From contig CM120646.1 in NCBI GenBank assembly GCA_051362555.1, positions 15,934,001-15,998,000 of the forward strand: a stretch of 64,000 nt of DNA, given 5' to 3'. This stretch comes from Lingula anatina. Its lineage: Eukaryota; Animalia; Brachiopoda. How positions within the stretch are numbered: position 1 is the stretch's first letter; the number at the start of each line of letters is the position of its first letter. Below the pieces are notes generated by a model. The model did not search any database, was not told the origin of the DNA, and saw only the letters and a program-made list of their open reading frames with translations. Below, piece after piece: positions 39,801 to 50,610 of the stretch. The position numbers and the translations under genes were made by a program.

Positions 39801-42800
39801 GTTTAAAATGTTTTGATTTGGTTCTAGTCTCACCCAGGCAACCACTTCCAGCCCCAACACCTCCTTCGTGAGTGCTGTCGAGACAACCCCTGGCTCAGTA
39901 CTCCCAGCTACAGCAGCTACTCAGTCAAGGTCAGAGGAGAATCATTCCCCAAATACTTCATTAACAGATTATTCCACAGCAACCGAAGGATCTGGGTCAA
40001 GGTCGTTTGGGTCAAAGTCATATGAAAGGGAATTGAGGGTGGAAGACTTAAGGGTAAAATTGTTTGAGACTCAGGAGGTTGAAAAACCCAGTGACAGTTC
40101 TAAAACAAGTGATATTTCCAGTGTTACTTTGACAACAGGTAGTCATAGCAACATGTCAACACCAAAAGGAGCCACATCATTAGCTGCTGACAGTACATTT
40201 TGTGATTCTGCTGGGAGAGAGACAGATCAGTCATTACAGCGCAGAGGGATGGATGACTCTAGAACAATGGCAGAATCATCTCAGACAAATTTTCCTCCCT
40301 CAGAGGCATCTCAGTATTCAGGGAGACAACATTCTTATCGAAGACTTGAATCGGGTGACAGTGACATCAGTATTTTAAGCAACCCCAGTCAGAGTAGCAT
40401 AGCTGTCCTGGACTCCTCGGGAGCTGCCAGCTTGGCCAGTAGCACAACAGACTCAGACTTCCAAGGTCTGCGCAGAACTTCACTTCCTATAAGGACTCCA
40501 GCCATGGACCTCCAAGATGGAGGTGTGACGACCATGTCCACTGTAGCCGAGGCCAGTCCATCTGGCTCCCTGCTGACCAGCACCTGTTCCAGCATGGTGG
40601 ACAGTGTGTATGAAAGGGCTCTGCAAGAATCACCTAAGAAATCTGGACTGGCAGAAGAACACCAAATATTTGTGAAGGGGAATATTCCCCATGATTTGAA
40701 CTCGAGAGAGGAAGGTATGGATGTGGAAATTGTGAGAAAAGAGGGAGATTATGGTGATTTGAAAGAGGTGTTACCGGATGCATGTGGTAGTGGAGACCAG
40801 GAGGACCAAAGGGTTCAGAGTGACCAGGGGGTCTGGCATGACGAGGGTGACAAGGATGAAAGGGACATTTTTCACCCTGACGAATCTGACCAGTCCAATA
40901 CTACTAGTCAGGACTCCTTCAGAGTGGACAGCAGTAGAGACTCTGTTGAAGTGACCAGTCTTGGAGTGAGATATAACTATGAGGACTTCACTCAGGTGGA
41001 CCACAGGCTGAAGCTTTACCTGACCATGTCAGTTCTGCAGGGGGAGGAGGAGGTACAGTGTGTTCTGAAGGTGAGTTGTCACACCTAGCACAATTATTAC
41101 CAGTAGTCACCCGTAATACAATTATTATCAGTAGGCACAACTCAAATAATTGTTTTAAGTTGTCACACCTAACGCAATAATTATAAGTCTTCACTGCACA
41201 CTTAACACACTTTTTATCAGTTGTTACACCTAGTGCAATAGTTATCCAGTGCCACATTTTTGTTTAATAAGGTGGTGTTTTCGATTCCCCCAAACCCTCT
41301 TTGCTATTTGCCTTAAATGTTAATATACCTGAATCTTTATGTTACAGACAAGCATTGTTCAGTTTCCTAAGCCAGAAGAGTTCCCAGGAATGCTACTGGT
41401 CACCTCAGAGAGAATCTACATCATCAAGATAATCAAAGAACAAAGGTAATGACACTTGCATGGGGATCATTAAATTTTACTCGAAAGCTTGAGTCACTGG
41501 CAAAAGGTGACAAAAACTGGAATTTTATCATATATTTTATAAAGCATCTTAGATGGACTGCAGGTTGAAGCAACTTTCAAAAAAAAAAAAAAAAAAAAGA
41601 AAATTCATGGTATTGCTGATTGATTAGAAAAAATTATATTTTTCTTTTTGGTTTAACTACATACATTGTAAGAAAAAATTAATATACACTCATCCATACA
41701 CACACAGACACACACACACACACACACTTTTGAGCTCTGTCCTGTACCCTGCCTTCCTGAATATAATGTTCCCTTTACAGTGAGAAACTTGAGGATGCAC
41801 TGAAGGTGCTGGACCAACAGCCCGTGACAGAGGTACAGTTTGTTGACATTGGACTGGGACATCAGTCTTTTAGACTGGAGTTTGGAACTGATGGATCCTG
41901 CTACACTTTTTTACTCAAAGACGAGGACAGATGCAAGCGGTTTCTTGCCTTGTTCATAGGTGAATTAAACTGTGGGGCTCAGTTTTCAGTGGTAGTTAAA
42001 TTGTATAATTTTATGTTATTTTTATAATGCTGCTGCTGCTGACATTTTAGAAGACAGAAATATTTGCTATTACATTAATCATGGACATTGAGAATTGCTG
42101 TGCTGCTTTTATTACTATGTAGTTTTACCTTGTCAAGTGTTTGTTTGTGCAGATAACAGGTAAAAGATTAGATTGTCAGTATAAATATTAAAGATGGAGT
42201 ATGATTAGTAATTTATAGGATGTATATATTAGATTATAAATAGAAAAAGTATAGTGCTGTATGTAAGACCTTAACAGTACAGTGTATATTTCAAAGAATG
42301 GACCCTTGTTCATTTTTACAGGCATGGTACAAGCCACTGCATTCTACAAGAGCAGCAAATTGCAGGGTATCAGCAAAAATAACATTGATGCCATAGACAA
42401 TATCAAAAACATGGTGCTGGCTCCTCATGCAGATGGTGCTGCCCCCTATGTACAAGTTGGAGATGGGGAAGGAGGAGGTGGAGAAGAAGATGACCAGTCC
42501 AATGTGAAGTTCTTCATGGGGTACTTAAGGAGCAGTGGAGGAGAAGGTACAGAACTCAACTTTGGGGGTCAATCTAAGGCCAACTTTAGGGTCAACAATA
42601 CGATGAACTCTGGGGTGATTATGGGGTCAATTTTGGGGTCAGACATAGGTCAGGTCTCCAGTCAATATATTCTAGTCAACTTTGGGGAATACTTTTGGGA
42701 TAACTCTTGTGTAAGCCAAAAGTGAACCCTTGTGCCAAATTGGGGATCACCTGAGAGGTCACAGATGGGGCTAGCAAAGGGTCATTGCAGGGGTCAACTC

Positions 42801-43596
42801 TTAAGCCAAACCTGGTACTGGCAGGCCTGTCAAGTAGCATCAGCAAGTCATAAATGCACAGTAATTATAGATTGTTATGTCACACTTTGTACTTTTTCTT
42901 CTAAATAAGCCAGTGCTTCATGTTTTTCTACATTATGGTTTTTGCTTTCAGTCCTAGTAGGGTTTTGTTTTTCTGTTTTTTACAATTTTGCCTCCTTGGC
43001 TTGGGAAGGCTTAGTTACTTACGTACATTTATTTGCCAATAACTATTACCCAACCATTAATGTTAAACACTTTGTTGTATTTGTAGAGCCTGTAAGCCTG
43101 ATTATATTTGGCAAGGAGATCTGTGTGTGCCACCAGGCCCTGGAACTGCCTCTCCCCAGGCTACAGGTGGCACCAGGGGAACTGTCCAAGAAAAGCCAGT
43201 TTGAAGTCAAGGATAAGCAGGTCATCACCGACCTACTGGAGGTGGTAAGTAAATTTTATATGATTTCTATTATGTTATTTTAAACTGCAATTGAATAGGA
43301 AAATAAAAATGGATGAAAAAAATTATATGTTGTGATATATTTATGTAGATAGTACTGAAATATCCAGTGTGATGTAACTCTATCTTACAAGGATGCATTT
43401 TACTTTCTTCTTTTAGACGCTAGACACAGAAACAGGAAACAAGGTAACACTGCACTTCCTGAATGAGGAGACCAATGAGGAGACAGATTGGCACATTGCC
43501 ATGGAAACCACCACAGCTGTCCAGTCATTGATCAGGGCCATTAAGTTGCCATGGGAACATCAGATGTGTGTGGAACTTGAAGTTAATTATGTCTGA
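30029..43596 (+). CDS. STK11IP: Serine/threonine-protein kinase 11-interacting protein (LRR protein), about 1576 aa, 19 coding exons
   Basis: Exons 30029-30116, 30380-30585, 31097-31264, 32302-32409, 32737-32938, 33316-33419, 34041-34169, 34478-34760, 36638-37258, 37479-37648, 38368-38574, 38831-38975, 39362-39578 (3' boundary uncertain), 39828-41070, 41348-41445, 41781-41959, 42322-42546, 43087-43244, 43417-43596; GT-AG with consistent phases. Motifs: LQFLHD-like N-terminus, CGGD..W..L, LRRs (LLDLSHNKI, LILKSNNL, LDVADNCL, LEGNPL), split Zn motif QCLKCGKEF..CPSCDSEHVV, and VDHRLKLYL, all STK11IP hallmarks. Confidence 0.92.
32996..33135 (-). mobile_element. Half copy of family-A MITE in STK11IP intron 5, inverted relative to 35439-35569
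   Basis: Its reverse complement matches 35439-35569 with few mismatches over about 130 bp. Confidence 0.9.
33424..33750. repeat. 37-bp minisatellite (ggtaaaccagctagaccatggcaggtagaatgggata) with partly alternating A/B variants
   Basis: taaacca recurs at 33501, 33538, 33575 and onward; the array begins immediately after the exon 6 donor. Confidence 0.9.
35314..35571. mobile_element. Family-A fold-back MITE, full copy, STK11IP intron 8
   Basis: Internal inverted arms (ctccctaggg..ctaaattgct..gtctgtcacgccta / taggtgtgacagac..agcaatttag..ccagggag); homologous to 14732-14998. Confidence 0.85.
37649..37980. repeat. 12-bp minisatellite (ctaggtggtcaa)n at the start of STK11IP intron 10
   Basis: Directly visible; explains the (GGQL)n and (VDHL)n ORFs. 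Confidence 0.92.
41074..41255. repeat. Degenerate tandem repeat (agttgtcacacctagcacaataatt-like) at the start of STK11IP intron 14
   Basis: The motif recurs at about 41075, 41158 and 41219. Confidence 0.6.
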
Positions 43597-44341
43597 CCTA
43601 GATATAATATGTGACAAATTTGCAAGATAACATCATGGCTATTGGCATTGATACATTAAACAAGTGGAGTAAACTATGCAGTGGCTTTTAAAATTAAGTT
43701 AAATATTTTTGGACATTTTACTGATAATGATCTGTGTTTAATGTCAAAGTACTCAGATATTGGTGGCATGGTGTTAAAAGGGAAAAAATGGTTAGTTGTT
43801 TCTAAACATGGTCAGTAATATAGACTTGTTGCAATGGCTTGAAAATATGAGGATGTCTTATTAACACTACCTAAATATAATGTTCTTGAATGTCTAGTAG
43901 TCTTAGCCATGGACTGCCTGGTGAGGCATTGATTCACAAGAAGAAAACGGGCCTAGGCAGATTCCACTTTTTATGCAGAGGTGGCTCTGTTTCATGATGA
44001 TGCAAGGGGTGGGGGTGGGGGTGGGGGGAAGGGGAGGCGGAGGAAGAAGGGCTCTTTGTGGGCTTTCCCTGTTTGCTTTTAACACAGATTTCTGATAAAA
44101 ATGAGAAATCTGTTTCAGAAATGTGTAAGGATATGTGTTCAGATTAGAGCAGCTCTGTTACTGTTATTGCAAAATTTATAGGTGCCTGGACATTTTAATA
44201 ATTATTCTTTACTAGTGCCATATTTGAATAACTTCTTGTCTTACAGAATGAATTCTAAAACATTAATCTGTATATTATTAATATGTAATTATGTAAACTG
44301 TAAAGTTGTCAGTTAGTTGACCACTGGCAGCTAAATTGGCA

Positions 44342-44347
44342 AATAAA
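44342..44347 (+). terminator. Candidate polyadenylation signal AATAAA of STK11IP
   Basis: AATAAA about 750 nt after the TGA, followed by AT/T-rich sequence. Confidence 0.5.
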
Positions 44348-45613
44348 GTATTTTATTCAAAAATGGAATAATTTTATATTTATTAATTTGAATATTGTTT
44401 AAAAATGTGATATAAATAAGGTAATAATAACACGTGGTTTTGCACCCAATTTATATAAATGAAATTGTTGAAATGTTCTTTGTGTATATAAACATATTTC
44501 TATCAAAATAATATTTTTTTGTGTTCCACCTTTAGTTAAATGGCTTCGCTGAAAAGAAAAACGACTTAACAAGATTTTGATCGCCTGAACTTTATGCTTC
44601 TTGACCTTGACTTGCCCTCAATGTAAATTCCTTGTAAGACCAATTTTCTGAGTTAAGCCAGGAATTAACTGTTTTATCCTTTAATGGACCTCAAATTGGA
44701 AGACTCGGAAATTTAATGTGAACAGAATTATTCCAAGCACGAGTCAAACTTGGGATAAGATCTACGTCTCTTTGGCTACATCTGGTCACTACAATTTTCT
44801 TTCTGATTGACCATGAGGGTTTGATACTTCTGTTAATGACATCTTGGTATTTTTCTTCAATCAGCAGTTAACAAACTCGGTATAGACTAACTGTTGACTA
44901 AAAAAAAAAAAAAAACACTTCGTAATAATTAATATTATTTGGGCCCCCAGGCGGGGAAGGTGGGGGGAGGGAGTCGAAAAGAGCCGTCCAAATGGTCAGT
45001 AAAGATCGGCTCTGAGTCAAGATGTGATCTAATCTCTATGCATTTCTCGAGGTGTGTCTATTAAGGGGATGAAAGGTAAACTTCTCCAGAAAAAGAATTT
45101 GAAATTGACAACTACCCTGGTAAAGGACTGCATAACGGACCTCTTGAAATTCTTTTCCAATTTTGACTCAACCACCCGAGCCTTGTTTACAGCGCGCTAA
45201 CATCACGGTGTCGCTCTACTGAGGATCCGCTGAAATACAGGCTGGTTCCTAGATTTTGACACACGTCGCCGCCCCTGATTTTTGTCTCACCGAAATGTCT
45301 TCTTAACACGCTATCATCAGATACTAAAATATGAATATGATGCTTTTTTCAAATCTTAAGGAGTGCAGTGTCCTTTTCAGCACAAACTCTTATTTGTCTC
45401 CTGTGTCGCTACTACTGTAACCCTGTAACTTTCAAAAGGAAAAAGGGAAACAATTATTCACTTGTAGGCTAATTGCTATCTGTAACGATAGTCTGCACTG
45501 ATAAACAGCTTTTATTTTAGTTTTTTTTTACTGCGGAATACAAATTCGAATCCTTTTCCTTTTAAGGTGCAACTTTGTTTGAATTCAATGCATGTGTTGA
45601 AATAATAAAGTCA

Positions 45614-45615
<2 letters not shown>

Positions 45616-45654
<39 letters not shown>
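45616..45654. repeat. (TTA)n microsatellite
   Basis: Directly visible; gives the poly-Leu ORF at 45613. Confidence 0.9.
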
Positions 45655-45655
<1 letters not shown>

Positions 45656-47508
45656 CGCCGAGGAAACAGAGTCCCCCTTCTGGTGGTTTGAAAATTATTT
45701 TTCAAAAAGTAGACATCATGTCCACTGTGCTGAAATTAAAGGAAGGTAGTGAGTACGGTGCCGGGGTACCAGCATCGCATTGTTGTGTCATGTCTGAGCT
45801 GTTGCACTGAAAATCAGCCTCGAGTGTTTGAACTTGTGCTCATCTGTTCCTGCTATACGGGTGTGCACTCTCCGCTCTCACCTTGATTGTTTAATTGACG
45901 TGGTAAATGAACGTAAAATACACACACACACACACACACAAAAAAAACAACTTCAGAATACCATACTAGTCTTCCATAATGCAAATGTGAATAATGAAAT
46001 AAATAAATAAAAATGAAAATAAAAAAAAAATAATAATATAAGAATTGGATAAATAACGAATTCAATAAAACCGCCTTTTACCCCATATACCTGTAAAGCG
46101 AATGGATGTGTATTAATTAGTTTCGAATGTTAGAAATACTTTTAAATTTGGGCCTTTCAAGATCCTCCGTCTAAATATGGCCGACCCCATGTCAAATCAG
46201 CGCCGTTTAATCCCCTGATGGTCTCCCCGTCTCCACACGCGCCATTAAACGAATTAAATCTCGGCTCTGAGGTTCAATTACGAGGCCCCTGCAGCGACGG
46301 CGCGTTTGGAGGCGGGGAGGCCATCATGGGATTAGTCGGCTCTGCTTTTAAGTGAGTCGGACATATTTAGTCCTCGGATCTGTTACTTCGCGGATCAACT
46401 GACACTGCAATGACTACTAGCGATAACTGATATATTTTGCACAGCAGTACTGAAGTAGAAATAAAAAGAGACATTTCTTTGGGGGAGCGGACATGTCTTA
46501 TGGAAGTGACAGGAACATCTATATGAGATCGTTGGGGGATGGGGAGGGGGAGAAGGATAGAAGAATGACCAAGGAAAGGTTGCATGCTCTCTGTATATTT
46601 TACCGTTTTTTTTTTCAAATATCAGTTAGATTGCTGTCCAAAACACGTTCTTCACAGAGACGCACAGTCAGTATATGAGGCCGAGTATTTTCAGTTTGCT
46701 GGTCAATAAATAATTTCTCCTGTCAAAATACGGACTTAAAATGTCTTTATGTTGAATTAATTCTATGCACGTTCACGCAAAGGATTACATTTTAACAGAG
46801 ATCATACAACGTTATTCAATCTACGTACTACACCAACAAAAAGACCATTCTTACAAAACCTGCATATTTACGTACCAGTTAATCTATCTTACAATTAATC
46901 AAAAGGTATGCGCACTTCATCTCATATTAAAAACAACAGTGAATTGCTGTTTAGCACTCGAAAACATTGTCTGTATTGCATGCAAATGTTCGGTACTCAT
47001 GAAATCAACAATGACTCCTCACAGCGAACACTTTTCTTGTAAATGCCGGTCCGATCATGTTCAAACAAAAGCACAGCTGTTACACATGACAGGTATGAAT
47101 GGACAAAAATTATAAAAAAAAAGATAACACCAAGCACCGCTTGTTGACATCCATCACGCTAAAATAAAGGGGCTTTTTTTACTTTCAATCATTTTCTAAA
47201 AAATATACTTCCGAGACGTTTTCTTTAAAGATGCTGAACGATTTGTAAACATTCAATTCTTTTATAGGTTTACTATACGCGTGTGAAAACGTACCTTGTC
47301 TACATATCCTGCAAACCTACTCAATTATTAGACCTTATCTTGCCCACCTCAGACGAAAAAAAAACAACAAAAAAACCCCCCTTTAGATTAAAGTACTTGA
47401 TGGCGGTGACATTCCCTTCGAAATGTACAGGATAATTTAAGAAACTTGGCATAGGCCCCTCAACCAACATGCACTAGTGTTACCATAGCAGTTTTTAATG
47501 GTGGGTTT

Positions 47509-48290
47509 GAAAATTCCCCAAATGTTTTTTTCCCATCGACAGCTTCTTAAAAAACCTTGCATACATCCTAAAACGCTTTAACCCCTTAATTATTTCTGAA
47601 GCGTACTTGATGTTGACATTTACATAGGAGCATATAAGAAGATGGTCACTGGTTATAATGACTGGTCAGTCATTTCAAACAAAATCAACCTTTATAACTT
47701 GATTTAACGGTCGAATTCAAGTGCAGAGTGGGGAAGATATAAATGATTCGTGAGTACAAGAAAATTAAATTGCTTATTTTTCCCGGGAAAATCCTTTTTG
47801 GCGGGAAAATCCAATGGAGTTGCCGTTTAAAGTGCATTTTTTTTTCACAACGTCCTATATGTGCTGCATTCACAACTTGGTACAATGTGAAGAAGATATT
47901 TAGTTACCATAATCGCGTAATCAACTAGCAGGCTAATGAAACCGCTTAAAAAGTTTTATTATAAAGGCGATCCTTTTGCTTAATTCTTGGGCGAATAAAA
48001 CGTTTCATGCGTCCTGGTTTAATTATTAAAAAAAAGTGAACAGGGATTCTCGCATGCATCACATCAAAGCGTGATCGTTTCACTTCAAAACAAAGGAATA
48101 AGTCAGCGTGAGGTACCAACTTGTAATATGACGGCACAGGCAATATTGCACTGTTCACGTCATGTTTTGCAAGAAAACAAAATTTGTCAACGATTGAATA
48201 ATTGTGACAAGGCGGTGCATACTTTTTTGATAAAAAGACCAACTCATTGTAAGTGCATGTATATAAATAAGGTAACTTAGATAAATAGGC
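47509..48290 (+). promoter_or_regulatory. Promoter of the Cys-rich peptide gene: Rel/NF-kB-like sites, STAT-like palindrome, TATA box
   Basis: GGGAAAATCC at 47785-47794 and 47803-47812; TTCCCGGGAA at 47780-47789; minus-strand GGGGAATTTTC at 47519-47509; TATATAAA at 48260-48267. Confidence 0.5.
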
Positions 48291-48362
48291 ATAGGCTTGA
48301 CGTCTGTGAAGAGCGAGACAACTTTCTGCAACGTCCTCTTGACTTGCTCACGTACGTTAACA

Positions 48363-49696
48363 ATGGGTACCTTTAAAGTCTTGGTTTTGGCTTTCTGTCT
48401 GCTGGCTGTGCTGGGATTCGTTCATGGAACTCACAATCCATGTGTGACCTGCCCCAATGGCCTCATCCGTAAGTATAACTAGTGTACACACCTTTCATAA
48501 CATACTTTATCAAAAAGAGGTAAAACAATAAGTAGAATTAAATTCACCATTTTAATTAGTCACTTTAATTAGTTTATCAGTAAGATAATATAGGAAATCC
48601 GCCTTAATAATGTTTAATAAGATATACTGTAGATATCCGTCTCTATTTATGCATGTATTTTTTTCTTTTTGTATCATTTCTCATTTGTTTTTATTATTGT
48701 TACCATTTATAAATTAATGACTATGAATAAGAAAAAATGACCCATATTGGTTAAAAAATTGTAATTATTTCGATTAATTGATTCATTTAACATAATCATT
48801 ATTCCGGATTTATTCGACAATATTCCAAATGACAAAAGCGTATAGTCTTGGTACAAATGGAGATTGTTAGTAATATGGTCTCACAGACTTTCAAATTGTT
48901 GGAAAAATTCCCTTTTAATTTTATATTTTTACCTTAAAAAGATAAAGATTCGTAGAAAAGGTTGGAGCCCAAGCTTACAAACCTACTGGTAGCTACTTCA
49001 TTTTCGGCGCGCATTTATGTTAAAAATACGGGTTTTGCTTAATTTTTGTCACAGTCGTCTGTCGCAAATTTCCTCCAATGGAAATATATATATACTTTTG
49101 GAACCACGCCATTGTACGTGGCTGAATATAACATGTCAGTTGTTTTTTCCTATGTTGATAGATGCGTGTCTAATTTCAAACTAACAAACAAACAAACTAA
49201 GCATCGTGCATGCTCTCATGCATACACACGCGCACGCGCGCAAGCTAGACGCTTCTGACGAGTGAAGAAACTGTCCACAAGCCTCGCTCCAGTTCGTTAC
49301 ACAGTGGCTGTCTGTAAAGTCCTGGTAAATGGTGTCTGCCTGTTGCTCTGCTGGGGTTCTTTCGGGAAGAGGTGGGGAGGTAATCCCTGTAACTCTTTCC
49401 CCCAAAATTAGATCATTTAAAACGAAGCAAAGATACACAGGACATAAGTTGGATGGGGAGTAATAGGATTGACGCCCAGGAATGGCGTTTGTGCTCATTT
49501 GGTTAAAATACTTTCTATACTTTCCAGAGAATTCCCTTGACAATGGACCTGTTTGCAAGCCATCTCCATGTAAGGGCGTGAAGTGCGGAAAAGGCTACAA
49601 ATGCAGGTAAGTAACAGCAAAACAATTAAAGGTAAAAAAATAAGAATATTGTTCTAAGCATTATACAACCTGCATAAATGTGCTTTTTTGTCAGTA

Positions 49697-49754
<58 letters not shown>

Positions 49755-49953
49755 TTATACCAGTAGAAGCATATGATTGCTTGTAGTCCAAAATTGTGGC
49801 GGTTGGTAAAGCATAATTTTTTGTCTCCAGCACCGTGACTTATTACTATAAAATCATCTCACATGGATCTCTCTTCATTTCAGTGTTGGCTGTAATTGCG
49901 CTGCTATATGTGTAGCTGGTAAGAGATGCTACAACGCCAAGAGAATTTACTAA
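48363..49953 (+). CDS. Small secreted cationic cysteine-rich peptide (84 aa, 10 Cys in the mature part), unknown family
   Basis: Exons 48363-48468 (C|GTAAGT), 49528-49606 (tttccag|..AG|GTAAGT), 49884-49953 (tttcag|..TAA); phases 1/2, 255 nt. Product MGTFKVLVLAFCLLAVLGFVHG-THNPCVTCPNGLIQNSLDNGPVCKPSPCKGVKCGKGYKCSVGCNCAAICVAGKRCYNAKRIY. TATA box upstream; AATAAA at 50163. Confidence 0.85.
49698..49753. repeat. (AAT)n microsatellite in intron 2 of the peptide gene
   Basis: Directly visible. Confidence 0.95.
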
Positions 49954-50241
49954 GTGAAAAAAGGCAATCCTTGACAAATTCACGCAAAATTATGTTCAAC
50001 AATCTCTTGAATACCCTGCGTCCAAACACTTCGAGCCAATAGATACCTTAATTTATTAGGCGTTTTTCGCCATTCATTCTGCCGTCCGTTCTTTTTGCCT
50101 CAAGACTATAGTCAAGATATGGTTACTTTCTCATACCAACTGCTTTGAACATTGGTTTTGCAAATAAAATTTTAAAAACGTATAGTTGCTGTTTTGTCTT
50201 TTTCTTACACTGACATAATTTTGCGAAAAGCCGCTTTGATG

Positions 50242-50387
50242 CAGACTCCGTAACTCCAAAGCATCGCGCATTGCGAATAGCGTATGGAGGCTATAATGTA
50301 TTATATGGGGCAAGTATGGGCGAGTTATGGAATCGAGACGCTTGCGCTCGGTCGCAATGCGCGATGCTTTCGAGCTACGGGGCCCTG
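50242..50387. mobile_element. Older hairpin MITE of the same family as 50391-50610
   Basis: ccgtaactccaaagcatcgcgcattgcga / tcgcaatgcgcgatgctttcgagctacgg arms; shares ttatggaatcgagac with its neighbour. Confidence 0.7.
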
Positions 50388-50390
50388 CAG

Positions 50391-50610
50391 GGCTCCGTAT
50401 CTCGAAAGGTTCGCTATGTTGCGCACGTGCGCAAGTGTCTCGATTCCATAACCGATTCTATTTCGAGATACGGGGCCATGGAATCGAGACACTTTAGCAC
50501 GTGCGCAAGCGTCTCGATTCCATGGCCCCGTATCTCGAAATAGAATCGGTTATGGAATCGAGACACTTGCGCACGTGCGCAACATAGTGAACCTTTCGAG
50601 ATACGGAGCC
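50391..50610. mobile_element. 220-bp near-perfect palindromic MITE, TSD CAG
   Basis: Arms 50391-50490 and 50511-50610 are reverse complements with 1 mismatch; CAG at 50388-50390 and 50611-50613. Confidence 0.92.

Noticed and set aside
48140-48165. TATTGCAC miR-92-like seed (and TGGAATGT miR-1-like seed at about 2778)
   Set aside because: Seed-only matches without the mature sequence or a precursor hairpin.
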